A stretch of DNA of 63,866 nt, filler included, from Octopus bimaculoides (Eukaryota): assembly GCF_001194135.2 (NCBI RefSeq). It is 7 parts of 5 records of this genome, joined end to end, with 100 filler letters (N's around TTAATTAATTAA, not from the genome) between each part and the next. Parts side by side here need not be neighbours in the genome. Positions count along the whole stretch, not along the records: positions 1 to 23,276 come from NC_068986.1; positions 23,377 to 38,551 come from NC_068985.1; 5 more parts are not named here. One strand, 5' to 3'. Below, piece by piece: positions 12,751 through 23,930 of the stretch. The notes under the pieces are model-generated. The model ran no database searches. It saw only the letters and a list, made by a program, of their open reading frames with translations, and was not told where the DNA came from. Positions within the stretch are counted from its first letter, which is position 1. Every line of letters begins with the position of its first letter. A program made the translations under genes and the position numbers.

Positions 12751-14611
12751 CGGGACGCAATTTCATTTTATATTCATTAAAATGTTAAAACAATACAATG
12801 TAGTATGACTTTCGTTTGCCTGCAATGCAAAACTTCTCATAAAGGAACTATTTCATTCAGTTACGGAGAGCTGAACCAAAAATATCCAGCATGTCATTCT
12901 AATACAGCAGTAGAAACACTCCACCAGCCTTCATTGTATTAAGTCTGAAATATTTATCTTAAGCAGATTTTTTCTTTACAGTGAATACGACTCAGCAATA
13001 TTGTGTTTAAATCTAGGCCTTTAAAAAGTTCCTATACAGGTTTAAACTTTTCAATTGGTCACTTGAAGACTTATCACAGTCAATTACAGACAGTCTGTCC
13101 GAGAGGAGTCGATGATGTCCATATGAAATTTTGGGAACCATACATCAAACCTGAATCGATCAGTGGTTCTCAAACCACATGTTGCATTTAATCACATCCT
13201 TATATCTTCACTGTAGTTTCTGTTGTTTTCGAGGATCAGCAGATAACTGATTAGAATGTCTAGCAGCTGTGCTTTCTCTATTCAGTGAAGGTTTCACGAA
13301 AGTTCGATTGCCTTATTAGGATGGTGTTTCTTTCTCTCCTTTTGTTTTTGATCTGTGTTGAGTATCTCACTATGAACGCATGCCATTTTATTATTTTTTT
13401 TTGTATTTTTTCTACTTGCTTGCAATATATTATTGCCCACGCAATCGATCTTTACCACACGGTGGATAATAAATACTTGGGCGCGATATACCATTGATCG
13501 ACCGACATATATTTGTTCCACAACTGCAGTCTCGATCATTCGATTCCCGAGTTGGCTTACTCATCCTGGCAGGAAGCCTGTTGTATGTATATGTATAATT
13601 TGTACTTGATGCTGTATAATTGGCAATAGACGTAAACATCCATCAGTTTCATATTTCCGTAAAACGGTAATCATTAAACTGTTCGTTATGGAAAATTTTT
13701 TAAGTCTTTCTAACAATCTTCTCATATTAGTTATAAATTGGTTGAGTAAATTATTAAATTTGCTTTAAAGTTGACTTTTCTTGTTTCATTCCATTGACAG
13801 TTAATCTCGTTAAGATAGTCTGCGATAAGTCATGCTGCTTTTATAAACAAAACAAACAACTATCTTTCTTTTCTTAACTCTATCGCTGCATATGCACGAG
13901 CACCATCGCATTGGAATAAGAATCAAGAGATCTTTTCTTTTTAGTTTTCATACTATTAAACAGAAAAGCTCAATAATTTTCTAGCTAATTCCATACATAA
14001 GGTATTAGTCTATCCAAAGCTATTGTAGAAGCGCCTTACACAATGCGTAGTACAGTATGATCAAACCTGGAATCGCATGTTTCCAGAGAGGCTTTCTTGA
14101 CCAAGTAGTCATGCGTGCACCCTTGTCATTCATGATTTAAAGAATCTCACCACATTTATATCGCAAATGTTGCATCACAATCCCTAATGCATTCGAATAA
14201 TATAGGAGAGACTAGTTTCCAACTGACTCTCTTAATCTGGACACAATACATTAAGGGAAAATGAAATTTTTATTGGTATCTTAACAATACAATGACCTAG
14301 CAGATTAGAGAACACCACTTTAGTTTTGCATATATTAATTACTGATACAACGCCCAAAATATATGTTTCAGTTGTTATAAGCAATGTAAGTATTGTGAAT
14401 TAGCATGAAAAAGCAACCACTCAGGATGGTGAAATCTGTTCCTGTGACGGTGAAATTTCACTGCATGGCGCTTTACTCCACACGATATAAAACATGAATA
14501 ATGATTTGTTATTGTTACATAATTGCAACATCAGTAGTGGGGTTAATCAGTGATTTTCTGTATCAATAACAGGGGATTTTGACTTAGCGTGCGGTTGCCA
14601 GTGGATACTTG

Positions 14612-14720
14612 CTACAGACAAATCCCAAGGAGGCAGAAAATCGCATTTAACAATACCACCGCTGGTACAGGATGATTTTTGTCTGGTCCTGGCATAGCTT
14701 TGTTTTTTGACACTGTACAT
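14612..14720 (-). CDS. Candidate terminal coding exon with hydrophobic C-terminus (GPI-signal-like)
   Basis: Acceptor GGCATCTCTTACAG. Phase-2 reading CTVSKNKAMPGPDKNHPVPAVVLLNAIFCLLGICL* in non-repetitive sequence. No partner exon found. Confidence 0.25.
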
Positions 14721-15284
14721 CTGTAAGAGATGCCAGCTCAGAACGAAAACCGCCGTTAATTAGGTTTTTCATGTTGCATCTGCTTTAAATATGATACATA
14801 GATTGCTATTAATAATATATTTTCTCTTTAAAGTGTTTTTCTACACTCTGCAAAATAACACAAATTTATAATGCAGGCGTATAATCAATTGAATGAATAT
14901 ATATGCTGGTATTTATTTTATCAAATCTGGTGTAAAAGAAAGCAATGTTGACTACACCAGCATTTGAACTTTAGAACATCATTACTCTTTAGATTGAATC
15001 GTTCCACTTTCTTATAGGTTTAATATTTATGACGTTTACATAGTAAATTAACGTTTCTTTTTATATAGCTTCTGCAGTATTTAAATTTCCATTTACTAGT
15101 CTCATGCATTATTGAAATAAATTAATCCTTATCTGTGGCTTTTTTTAATATTTTTTAGGAACTAGCTTATTGTAAATAATAGCGAAACAGAAGTACATTA
15201 AAAGACCCTTTCACAATTATGCTATATGTACGCTACAATCTGTATATACTTGCGTATTTATGTATATGCTTGTCCCTGATCACG

Positions 15285-15450
15285 AGGTACCTAAATAGAT
15301 AAAATAAAGTACCAATCAAGTAGTGCGATCAATGTAATTGACTTGCTCCCTCCCTTCAAAATTCTCAGCTTTGTCTCAAAAATAGAAAGAACTTAGACGG
15401 TGAGCTAGCAGAATTGTTAAGGCGTCGGAGAAAATGCTTAGCGGTGGTTG
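15285..15450 (+). mobile_element. Family B SINE tail followed by a second SINE head
   Basis: GATAAAATAAAGTACCA..GATCAATGTAATTGACTT tail, then GGTGAGCTAGCAGAATTGTTA..AAATGCTTAGCGG head. Confidence 0.65.
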
Positions 15451-15479
15451 TAGTAGTAGTAGTAGTGGTGGTGGCGATG

Positions 15480-15524
<45 letters not shown>

Positions 15525-15606
15525 ATAGTAGTAGTGGTGGTGGTGGTGGTGGTGGTGGTGGTGGTGGTAGTGGTTGTAGTAGTAGTAGTAGTGGTGGTGG
15601 CGATGA

Positions 15607-15698
<92 letters not shown>

Positions 15699-15702
15699 AT
15701 GG
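15447..15702. repeat. Compound trinucleotide microsatellite (GTA)n/(GTG)n/(GTT)n
   Basis: Seen directly. Explains the poly-V, T, S and H ORFs in the track. Confidence 0.95.
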
Positions 15703-16640
15703 TAGTACGCTCTTTGCCGCAATGCAGGATATACAATATGTATACATTGTTGGTTACACTATATGTATAGACATACGTAAATACGATGTCATACTATATA
15801 ATATCTTGGCGATCATAAAAGAGGGCTTTCCACCAGCCAATACATTCAGCACTGGCGGAAAAATCACTTGACATATACTGTAGTGTTGCATAAAGCACAA
15901 GTACACGCATTCACATACATAGATACATACATACATATATACACACACATACATACACGCATGCATACATGGATACATACGTGTATGTGTGTATGTGTGT
16001 TTATGTGCATGTGTGTGTGCGTGTATCTGTGTGTGTCCGTATATATGGGTGTGTATGTGTGTATGAACGCAGAGGTAAGCAATATCTACCTTGTATTTAG
16101 TCAGAGGAAGTCATCAGTCACTGGTCGCTTGACCTTCCAGAAATAACAATGAAAACAGTTAAATTACATTCTACCTTAATAAAGGGAATGTAACTTTAGA
16201 GAAATTAGACCCAGTGACTTCTAAATAGGTGTGATGTTCTGGCTGCATTACCTTAACCATTCGAGTATGCCTCGTCCGCTTGACTCGATAAACTATTAAT
16301 GATTGTCTTGTCTGCAATTATTTTAATGGATTACACCCACAAGCGACAAAGGAAATTGGTTGTGAATTTAGTTCTGTTTACTATACAAATATTATATTAA
16401 TGATCTCATTAGTTCAACAACCACTTTGTATATTTTTTATAGTGGCTTCTAACTAGTGGCAAGAATGAATATTTTACGATGAAGCGAGATAGGAAGTAAT
16501 TACATCCGCGATTTCTGCAAGGATATAAGCGACGCACTTCAAATGTAATACGTTCGACCGGAAATCGAGTTTTTCGTGTTGTTTAGCTCCAAGTCATTCT
16601 TAAACCAGGAAACATATCACTAAACCATTCTACAATGACT

Positions 16641-16677
<37 letters not shown>

Positions 16678-16944
16678 CCTGTATTACATTAGCTGATGTG
16701 TCTATTTAAAGATAATAGACTGCAATTTGTGAAAAATTTCCTTCCAATTTCAAACAGGTTAAACAGCCATACCCAGGTGATCCCTTTGATGGCTCACTGC
16801 CTCGAAAATTATCTGAGAAACTAGTGATTATTGCTCGGTGCTCGTTATAATAAATATATCTATATATTTTATTTCCATTACGTAAATTTAACATTCAGCT
16901 AAAGTAGTCATTCGTATGAATTTAGTGATGTCTTATCTTTTATC

Positions 16945-17278
16945 TTTTACTCGTTTCAGTCATTAGACTGCGGTCTTGCAGGGGCACCACCCTGAAGAAT
17001 TTTTGTCGAATGAATAGCAGCCGGTACTTATTTTATCGGTCTCTTTTGCCAAGCCTGGGATGTAAACGCACCAACACCAGTTGTCAAGCACCGGTTGCAA
17101 ACAAACCCAGACACAAAGACACACAAACAGATTATATATATATACAAGCGCAGAAGTGGTCCCGGGTTCAGTCCCAGTGCGTGGCACCCTGGGCAAGTGT
17201 CTCCTACTAGTCTCGAGCCGATTAAAGCCTTGTGAGTGGATTTGGTAGACGTAAACTGAAAGAAGCCCGTCGTGTTTA

Positions 17279-17359
<81 letters not shown>

Positions 17360-17745
17360 TTGTATGTCTGTGTTTGTCTCCCCACTATCAATTGACAACA
17401 GATGTTGGTGTGTTTACGTCCCCGTAACTTAGCGGTTCGGCAAAAGAAACCGATAGAATAAGTACGCTAGGCTTACAAATAATAAGTCCTGGGTTCGATT
17501 TGCTCGACTAAAAGCGGTGCTCCAGCATGGCCGCAGTCAAATTACTGAAAGAAATAAAAGAGTATATGCATATATATATATATATATATATACATATGTG
17601 ACGGTCGTCTTTCAGTTTCGCCAACTAAATCCATTCACACGGCCTTGGTTGGCCTGAGGCTATAAGAGAAGGCATTTGTCCAAGATGCCACACAGTGGGA
17701 CTGAACTCGAAACAAATTTCTTATCACGCAGCCACGACTGTGCCT
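16945..17745 (-). mobile_element. Older family A SINE split by a nested SINE
   Basis: 3' half at 16945-17130 and 5' half at 17590-17745, both minus strand and diverged. Confidence 0.75.
17146..17560 (+). mobile_element. Near full-length family A SINE with internal (TA)n(TG)n
   Basis: Head GGGTTCAGTCCCA (B box), CCCTGGGCAAGTGTCT, GATTTGGTAGACG, microsatellite, and 3' end CCAGCATGGCCGCAGTCAAATTACTGAAA. Confidence 0.9.
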
Positions 17746-18099
17746 ATTAGTCATAAAATATATTTATTCATGAATGTATTTTTGCAAATAACTCGTAATT
17801 TATCTGAAAAAATCTATAAAGCTATATAGATTATAAAAACAACGAATGCCAAATTAATTTAATTATTGGTCTATATATGTATGTGCATCGATTTGGTGTG
17901 TGTATGTTTGGATCAGAAGAATTTTTAAGTCTCTATGTTGAATAGTGTATAAGTACATAGCTATCACTCGGCAAAGGATAACGCTGAATAAACAACTAGG
18001 AATTCTAATGTGCAGCTCGATAACCTTGATTGCTTTCCAATCACACCTTTGTTTTAAAAAGATATTAGATGATGTAATCCGAGATAGCTTATTGATCCA

Positions 18100-18368
18100 T
18101 CACTGATCCATCACTGGAACTATAAAAATCTGTAAAACTTTCCAGAAGTTTATCATTTAAATATATATGAGCATGTCTAGATATGCAACTATATACATGA
18201 GAATACATACATAAAACACAAATTTGCACATACATACATACATACATACATACATACAAAAATGCCCAGTGTTGATGTTGAAACTCTAATGAAGGATCCT
18301 TGGATCTAGGTTAGAAACGAGTTCTTTCTCTATTGGCAAAAAATCTTGAAATAAACTGAATAATGACC
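18100..18368 (+). mobile_element. 3' end and UTR of an RLE-type non-LTR retrotransposon
   Basis: ATCCATCACTGGAACTATAAAAATCTGTAAAACTTTCCAGAAGTTTATCATTTAA matches the ORF end at 44870-44925. The distal UTR matches 42365-42460. Confidence 0.75.
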
Positions 18369-18372
18369 TATA

Positions 18373-18487
18373 TTAAAGTATATATTTAAATCGTTATGTT
18401 AGAAAAATGTTATAAAATTTTGAGTATAGAAGCAACTCAAAATTTTATAACATTTTTCTAACATAACGATTTAAATATATACTTTAA
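18373..18487. repeat. Perfect inverted repeat: 53-bp arms, 9-nt loop
   Basis: 18373-18425 is the exact reverse complement of 18435-18487. Loop ATAGAAGCA. Confidence 0.95.
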
Positions 18488-18525
18488 CCATATAACACAA
18501 GTCTTCTGTAGTTTTTTCACTCTTG

Positions 18526-18556
<31 letters not shown>

Positions 18557-20626
18557 AACACATATCTGCTCAAACTAGTACGTTAAATTTCTATATCAAA
18601 TGTTTTCTCTCCGTAAACTATATTTTGATATACAGTAAATTATTTTTAACGGGTAAGTAGAAAGTAGATCAAGCTATGAATAAAGGGTGCAAAATATCGG
18701 CTTTAAAATCCCTTCGATGGAAAAAAGTTGAAGACTACCCTTGAGACACGAACCTACGTCTTCAATAAAATAACAAACTTTCTATTATACCAAGGAACAC
18801 TTCGAATTTTCGCCTTCTATTAAGAAGCTTTGTTTTTATAAACGAGAATCGTAAACTACTTATACATCACGAACAATTTAGAAACTACCTGAGATATTAG
18901 GTATATAATTTTTAACGGTGAACCTCAAAGTAGATAAAGCTATAATTACGTGTAGAATACTGAATTAAAATCATCCTTCGACAGAAAGAAAACGGGAGCT
19001 GCCCGCGTGACTCAAACTCTCATTTCCTGTAAACTAGTAGACGTTCTAAACCGAAGCAACACTACAAATTTTATCCATCCATTTATAACTCATCTATTTC
19101 ATTCATTTCATTTAGAAGCTCTATTCTTAGAAGTGGAAATTTTGAAGTTGTTTTTACATAATAATAATTTAGAAGCTACGAGAGATGTGAAGTAAATTGG
19201 CTCTTTTTTTTTTCTTTTTTTAACGGTGAAACACGAAACACCGGCAGCCTTCTATATTTTTAACGCCCATGTCTTTTTCATTCAATATGCTGCACGTTAT
19301 TATTTATAGCTTTATCAAAGTCAAAAAAAAATATTTGCTTCATGTCTCTTTTACAATGTAAAATCAAGTGAAAATTCTCACTTGCAAAAACAAATCTTGT
19401 AAATCCCTGGTTCTCAACCCGGATGAGGGATATTCACTTCTGTTAGGATATGGATTGCGTCCCCGTTTGCAACAAATAAGTGTTCGACGACTTTTTAGTG
19501 TCTCTGTAACTTATAATCATTTTACGTCCTTTTGCTTGTTGTATCTTTATCGCAGTCCTTGATGTGGTTTATAGACTTTTTTGGAAGAGCCTTTACTAAT
19601 AAATGAGAGTGGGATGGAAGTATAGTATTTTTTCCCATTGAGCCGTTAAAATTTAATGTTTTCTTTATAAATATGCTTCGATCGTTCTGTAGCTTCTTAA
19701 AGTATTCTGCCATGAATGTAAAAGTGATATAAAAATTCCTAAAGTTGTTTTAACTTTCGGAATTATTTTATCTCAGAGGTTTGCTTCTTATGATTACTAC
19801 GGGCTTTGTAAGGTAAAAAATATTCTTTGGTATTACCGCCCGTTTAAGATATCTGTAACCACATCAATAGCCATATCTTTCTTTAAATTATTTAGCAGAT
19901 ACTTGCAACGATATCATGAACGCTATGAGTTTTCAATAAGAGCGTCATTCAAGTTCCTTACTCGACCATACTAAATTTTGCAAAACCCTAGCTTCTAAAA
20001 TACACAAACTCCATTTACAGCTTTATAGTAAAGAAAATCTCAACCAATATATAAACAATTATTTCAACAATAACATACACACCTAGAATCCTTTGGAAAG
20101 TGGTACGGTTTATAAATATAGTGCAAAAATCCATGACATGCCTACACAGACTAACTTCTATAGCTTTTAAATTATGCTTAACGACCTCATTCACAAATAC
20201 AGAAATCCATTCCAATTGAAGAATGGCTTCTTTATTTCTTTAATAGCTTCATTATTCCTTTAATGGCTTCTTTATTCCTTAACTCTGAACATTCTTCGTG
20301 CTCCCTCCACTTATAATCTAATCACATATAACTTCAAAGGTAAGATATTCCTTTCAAGTTACATACGATTAAATTAAAACTGGACTTAGTCATTCCTCTT
20401 TTGGCATTGATTATATTTTATTATTATTATTATTTTCTTCTAAAATTAAACGCTTTTTTATGATAGATTTGAATTTTTTAAGGTATTTCATTCTTTTTTC
20501 TTCTTTCCCTGAAGTTACCCCGGTTTTTGTTAAATTTCGATTTCTTTAACCTAGTTTAGAAGATATTAGTACGCCTATATTCACCTATGAAATATAAAAG
20601 AAAATCTACCTCTAACAAAAACCTTA

Positions 20627-20806
20627 TAGAATCGTTAGAGCGTCGGAAAAATGCTTTGTGGTATTTGTTCTTCTGGTTTCTAACGCCACAGATTTCAAAT
20701 TTCCCTCCCATTCTTATGCTGTCGATAAAAGAAAGTACCAGTGAAGCATTGGAATCGATTCCTTCAAAATTGCTGATCTTGTGCCAAAATCAGAATTATT
20801 ATTATT
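20627..20806 (+). mobile_element. Family B SINE, degraded, ending in (ATT)n
   Basis: AGAATCGTTAGAGCGTCGGAAAAATGC head, GTCGATAAAAGAAAGTACCAGT body, CTTGTGCCAAAATCAGAATTATTATTATT tail. Confidence 0.7.
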
Positions 20807-21623
20807 TTTCTTTATCAAAGGATTTGTTGAAGCTCCTGAAGTCTTGCACACGTAGCCGGGCTTACTACTTGCAACCTGCGGTACCATGCTATCCGTTCTT
20901 TTCAGCTATCTAATACTTTCCTGATTATTCTGGCTGTGCCAAGGAGGCAAAACTTTTGTAACAGTTTTACTGAGCACTCTATTCTAATTTTCTTTATAGT
21001 CCTCTTGAAGCCTTCTGATATTGTTCCCAAGGACACAACAATAAATGGTACTGTCTACACCTCCTTCATTTTCCATAGCCAGGCTATTTCGTCCTTAGGA
21101 GGGTTGGATATATCTATCTTTTCACCTTCCTTCTTGACTATTCGTAGGTCAAAGGGGGCATGCAACATCAACTATTTAGCTTATGTGGTGCTCCTTGTTC
21201 ACCACCAATAAGTACGGTCTGTTATAATTTAGCACCTGATCTGTTTGGATTGGGAAATCCCAGATGATTTTGCTAGTCTCCTACTCTCCCACTCTTTGAG
21301 ATTTGTGCTCATACCACGTCTTGCCCCTCTCTGGCCCCCCACTTTCGAAGTTTCCAATGTAGCACTTTCGCTATCTGGTCGTGTCGCTACAACTTGTAGT
21401 GGCTTTGAGTAAGTCTAGGGCATTCGTTGAGATAGGCAATTGCAGATGCGGCACAGCGGAGACACTTGCTCATTCCTAAGGTTGACTCCAGTTCATGGCC
21501 AAACTTAGGTCTTGCGCTATCAGTATAGTGCTCTCGGTCCCTTTTTTAGGGTTCCTTTCATCAGCCAATGCCACCTATTTTTTCCAACAACTTGTTGCTA
21601 CATGGAATTGACTGTGTAGTCCC

Positions 21624-21624
<1 letters not shown>
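20807..21624 (-). mobile_element. R4/Dong-like LINE, 5'-truncated (CCHC and RLE domains)
   Basis: Remnants SPLCRIC, RHDQIAKVLHWKL, VDVACPFDLRI, VPFIVVSLG and LLGTARIIRKVL. Bounded by (TAA)n on both sides. Confidence 0.8.
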
Positions 21625-21669
<45 letters not shown>

Positions 21670-22946
21670 TGTTTGACTTTGTTTTGCATTTGTACAAGTC
21701 GACTCCAAGTCTCATCACCCAGAGACCTCAATAGACAACAAGTTAGAAGTTCAAGTTGGTGTTATGACTAGAGTGCCATATATTTGAGAATTTGCAAGCT
21801 TCCTTAACAATAGAATGAGATTTGTTGCTGCTTTCTTATTTGCATACAAGCCGCAGCATCCGGTCCTCTGTATTAGGTAAGTACTTATTCGTTGCTATTG
21901 TGGAGGTACTGTGGCACAGTTCTACCTGCATCATTCCTCTTCCCCTGTTACTTCTAGATAGGTACAGACGATCAACGTATGCTTTTGGGTGGTGCAAGTT
22001 CTTAGATGTTAGTAGTTTTCTTCTCTTCCTATCCAAGTTTTGGAGCTTTGTGAGATTCAGGTTAATGAAATTTAAAACTGTAATGGACTACCTGAAGTGC
22101 CAGAGTGTTAATGGCTTCGATGCGATTTTTGGGGTTGAGTTCAGTTTTTAGTATAAGTCTTACACTCTTGTAATACTCCTTTCTTATTTTTTGCTTCATA
22201 GTAGTTTGTTGTATACCATCTCCTTCGTTTATACTCAGGTATTTATAGCTTTCTTGTGGGTCAAGCTCCTTGATGGTAGTGTCGGTATCTAATTTAATGG
22301 AAGCTGTTTGTTTGAGCTTGCCTCTTACAAAAAAGTTTCTTTAGTACACTTATCAAGGCCAAAGTCCATCCCGATGTCATTGCTGGACTCTTTAACAGTT
22401 GTTAACAGCCCTACTAGCTCTTCGTTATTTCTAGCAAACTGCTTCAGATCGTCCATATAAAACAGATGGTTTACTATAGTATTATACACTTTGAACCCAT
22501 ACCTGGTGTTACTCAGTTCGTTTGAGAGTGGGATCAGTGCCATGCAAAACAGTAATGGGGAGAGGGAGTCACCTTGAAAGATGTCTTATTTGATGTTGAT
22601 GTTGTTAGATTAGCTCATCCCATTACTATGATGTAGAAGGAGACGTGTATTCCACTTGACCAAGCTACCTTGTAAGTAAGACGACAAGAGAGATCATATA
22701 TATCTCAGGGTCCTTTAGTAGCCAATTATGTGGGGCACTATCAAATGTCTTCCTGTAGTCGATCCATGCCATACTCAGGTCCTTCTTTTTGCTCCGGCAA
22801 TTCTCTACAATCATTTTATTTATGTGCAACTGATCTTTGCATCCATTAGAATTCCTTTTACAACCTTTTTGAGCTTGTACAAGGATAGAGTTCTGTTCAA
22901 GGAAAATGTATATGCTTTCAGTTAGTATCGATGCGAGGATCTTCAC
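21670..22946 (-). mobile_element. R4/Dong-like LINE, RT region plus 3' UTR, internally deleted
   Basis: QKGCKRNSNGCKDQLHIN, AWIDYRKTFDS, NHLFYMDDLK, HPKAYVDRLYLSRSNRGRG. Jumps directly to the 3' UTR and ends in (AAT)n. Confidence 0.9.
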
Positions 22947-22970
22947 TATTATTATCAATATTATTATTAA

Positions 22971-23027
22971 AGTTTCAGGCCTTGTGTCTATAGTAGAAAG
23001 GATTATTATTATTATTATTATTATTAT
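22971..23027 (+). mobile_element. Family B SINE 3' tail with (ATT)n
   Basis: TTTCAGGCCTTGTGTCTATAGTAGAAAGGATTATTATT, matching tails at 32390-32420 and 53000-53030. Confidence 0.65.
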
Positions 23028-23175
23028 TTTATGTTTGACTTTTGTTTTGCATTTGTACAAGTTGGATCCAAGTCTCACCCAGAGACCTCAAGAGACAACA
23101 AGTTAGAAGTTCATGTAGGTGTTATGCCTAGGGTACCATATATTTGGATTTGTACAGTTTTGTTCAAGTGAATGT
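23028..23175 (-). mobile_element. Second copy of the Dong-like 3' UTR
   Basis: Clearly homologous to 21670-21790 (TGTTTGACTTT.GTTTTGCATTTGTACAAG...CAGAGACCTCAA.AGACAACAAGTTAGAAGTTCA). Confidence 0.85.
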
Positions 23176-23276
23176 TTAAGAAACCATAAGAAAATTATGT
23201 GTTTGCTTTAAAATTTGAGATCACATAGACAGTATTTTACGTAGGATATGGGCAGTTCCCATGAGCACTATCTTTT

Positions 23277-23376
23277 NNNNNNNNNNNNNNNNNNNNNNNN
23301 NNNNNNNNNNNNNNNNNNNNTTAATTAATTAANNNNNNNNNNNNNNNNNNNNNNNNNNNNNNNNNNNNNNNNNNNN
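23277..23376. other. Artificial scaffold spacer (44N-TTAATTAATTAA-44N)
   Basis: Identical 100-bp spacers also at 38552-38651, 45405-45504, 53511-53610, 55273-55372 and 62658-62757. The 12-mer gives stops in all six frames. Confidence 0.95.
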
Positions 23377-23567
23377 CACGTGTATAAGGTATGATCACTA
23401 GGTGGACTTCCAATATGCTAGAAAGAGGTCATCAACGACCCAACCACAAAGAAAAATAATGTTCTCCAGAAAAATTTCGCAAAAATACCAGAACAGGTGG
23501 TTGGGTCGTTGATGACCTCTTTCTAGCACACTGGATGTCCACCTAGTGGTCATCCCTTATACACGTG
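23377..23567. mobile_element. Foldback element / MITE with about 71-bp inverted arms
   Basis: 23377-23447 is the near reverse complement of 23497-23567 (about 6 mismatches). The left end abuts a scaffold break. Confidence 0.75.
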
Positions 23568-23930
23568 TAGTACACTTTTTACTGAATTTTCAGATTGTTT
23601 TTATATACTAGGCCACTTGGTTTTAAATTGAATTAATATTCAATTTATCACCCTATCTATATAAATAATATATATATATATATAAACAAATAGTAAATGA
23701 GTATATGCATATATACGTACAGGCATGTGCATACCGACATCCACCTGTATGTATAGGTGCATATCTGGGTACAGGACATTGCAAACAAAACGTAGACAAG
23801 AAAACACAGGGTAAAAAATTGGATATTAATTAATATCAATTTAATACCAGGAAATCAGCACATTAAAAGAATCAGAAGATTCAGAAAATTTTTTTTCGGA
23901 GATCTCAAAAGGATTATAGTATATACATAT

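Noticed and set aside
13285-13640. Overlapping short ORFs in non-repetitive sequence
   Set aside because: No domain similarity and no consistent splice signals.
20015-20290. Hydrophobic-ending minus-strand ORF with three 20-bp repeats upstream
   Set aside because: An in-frame stop lies just upstream, there is no acceptor, and no homology was recognised.
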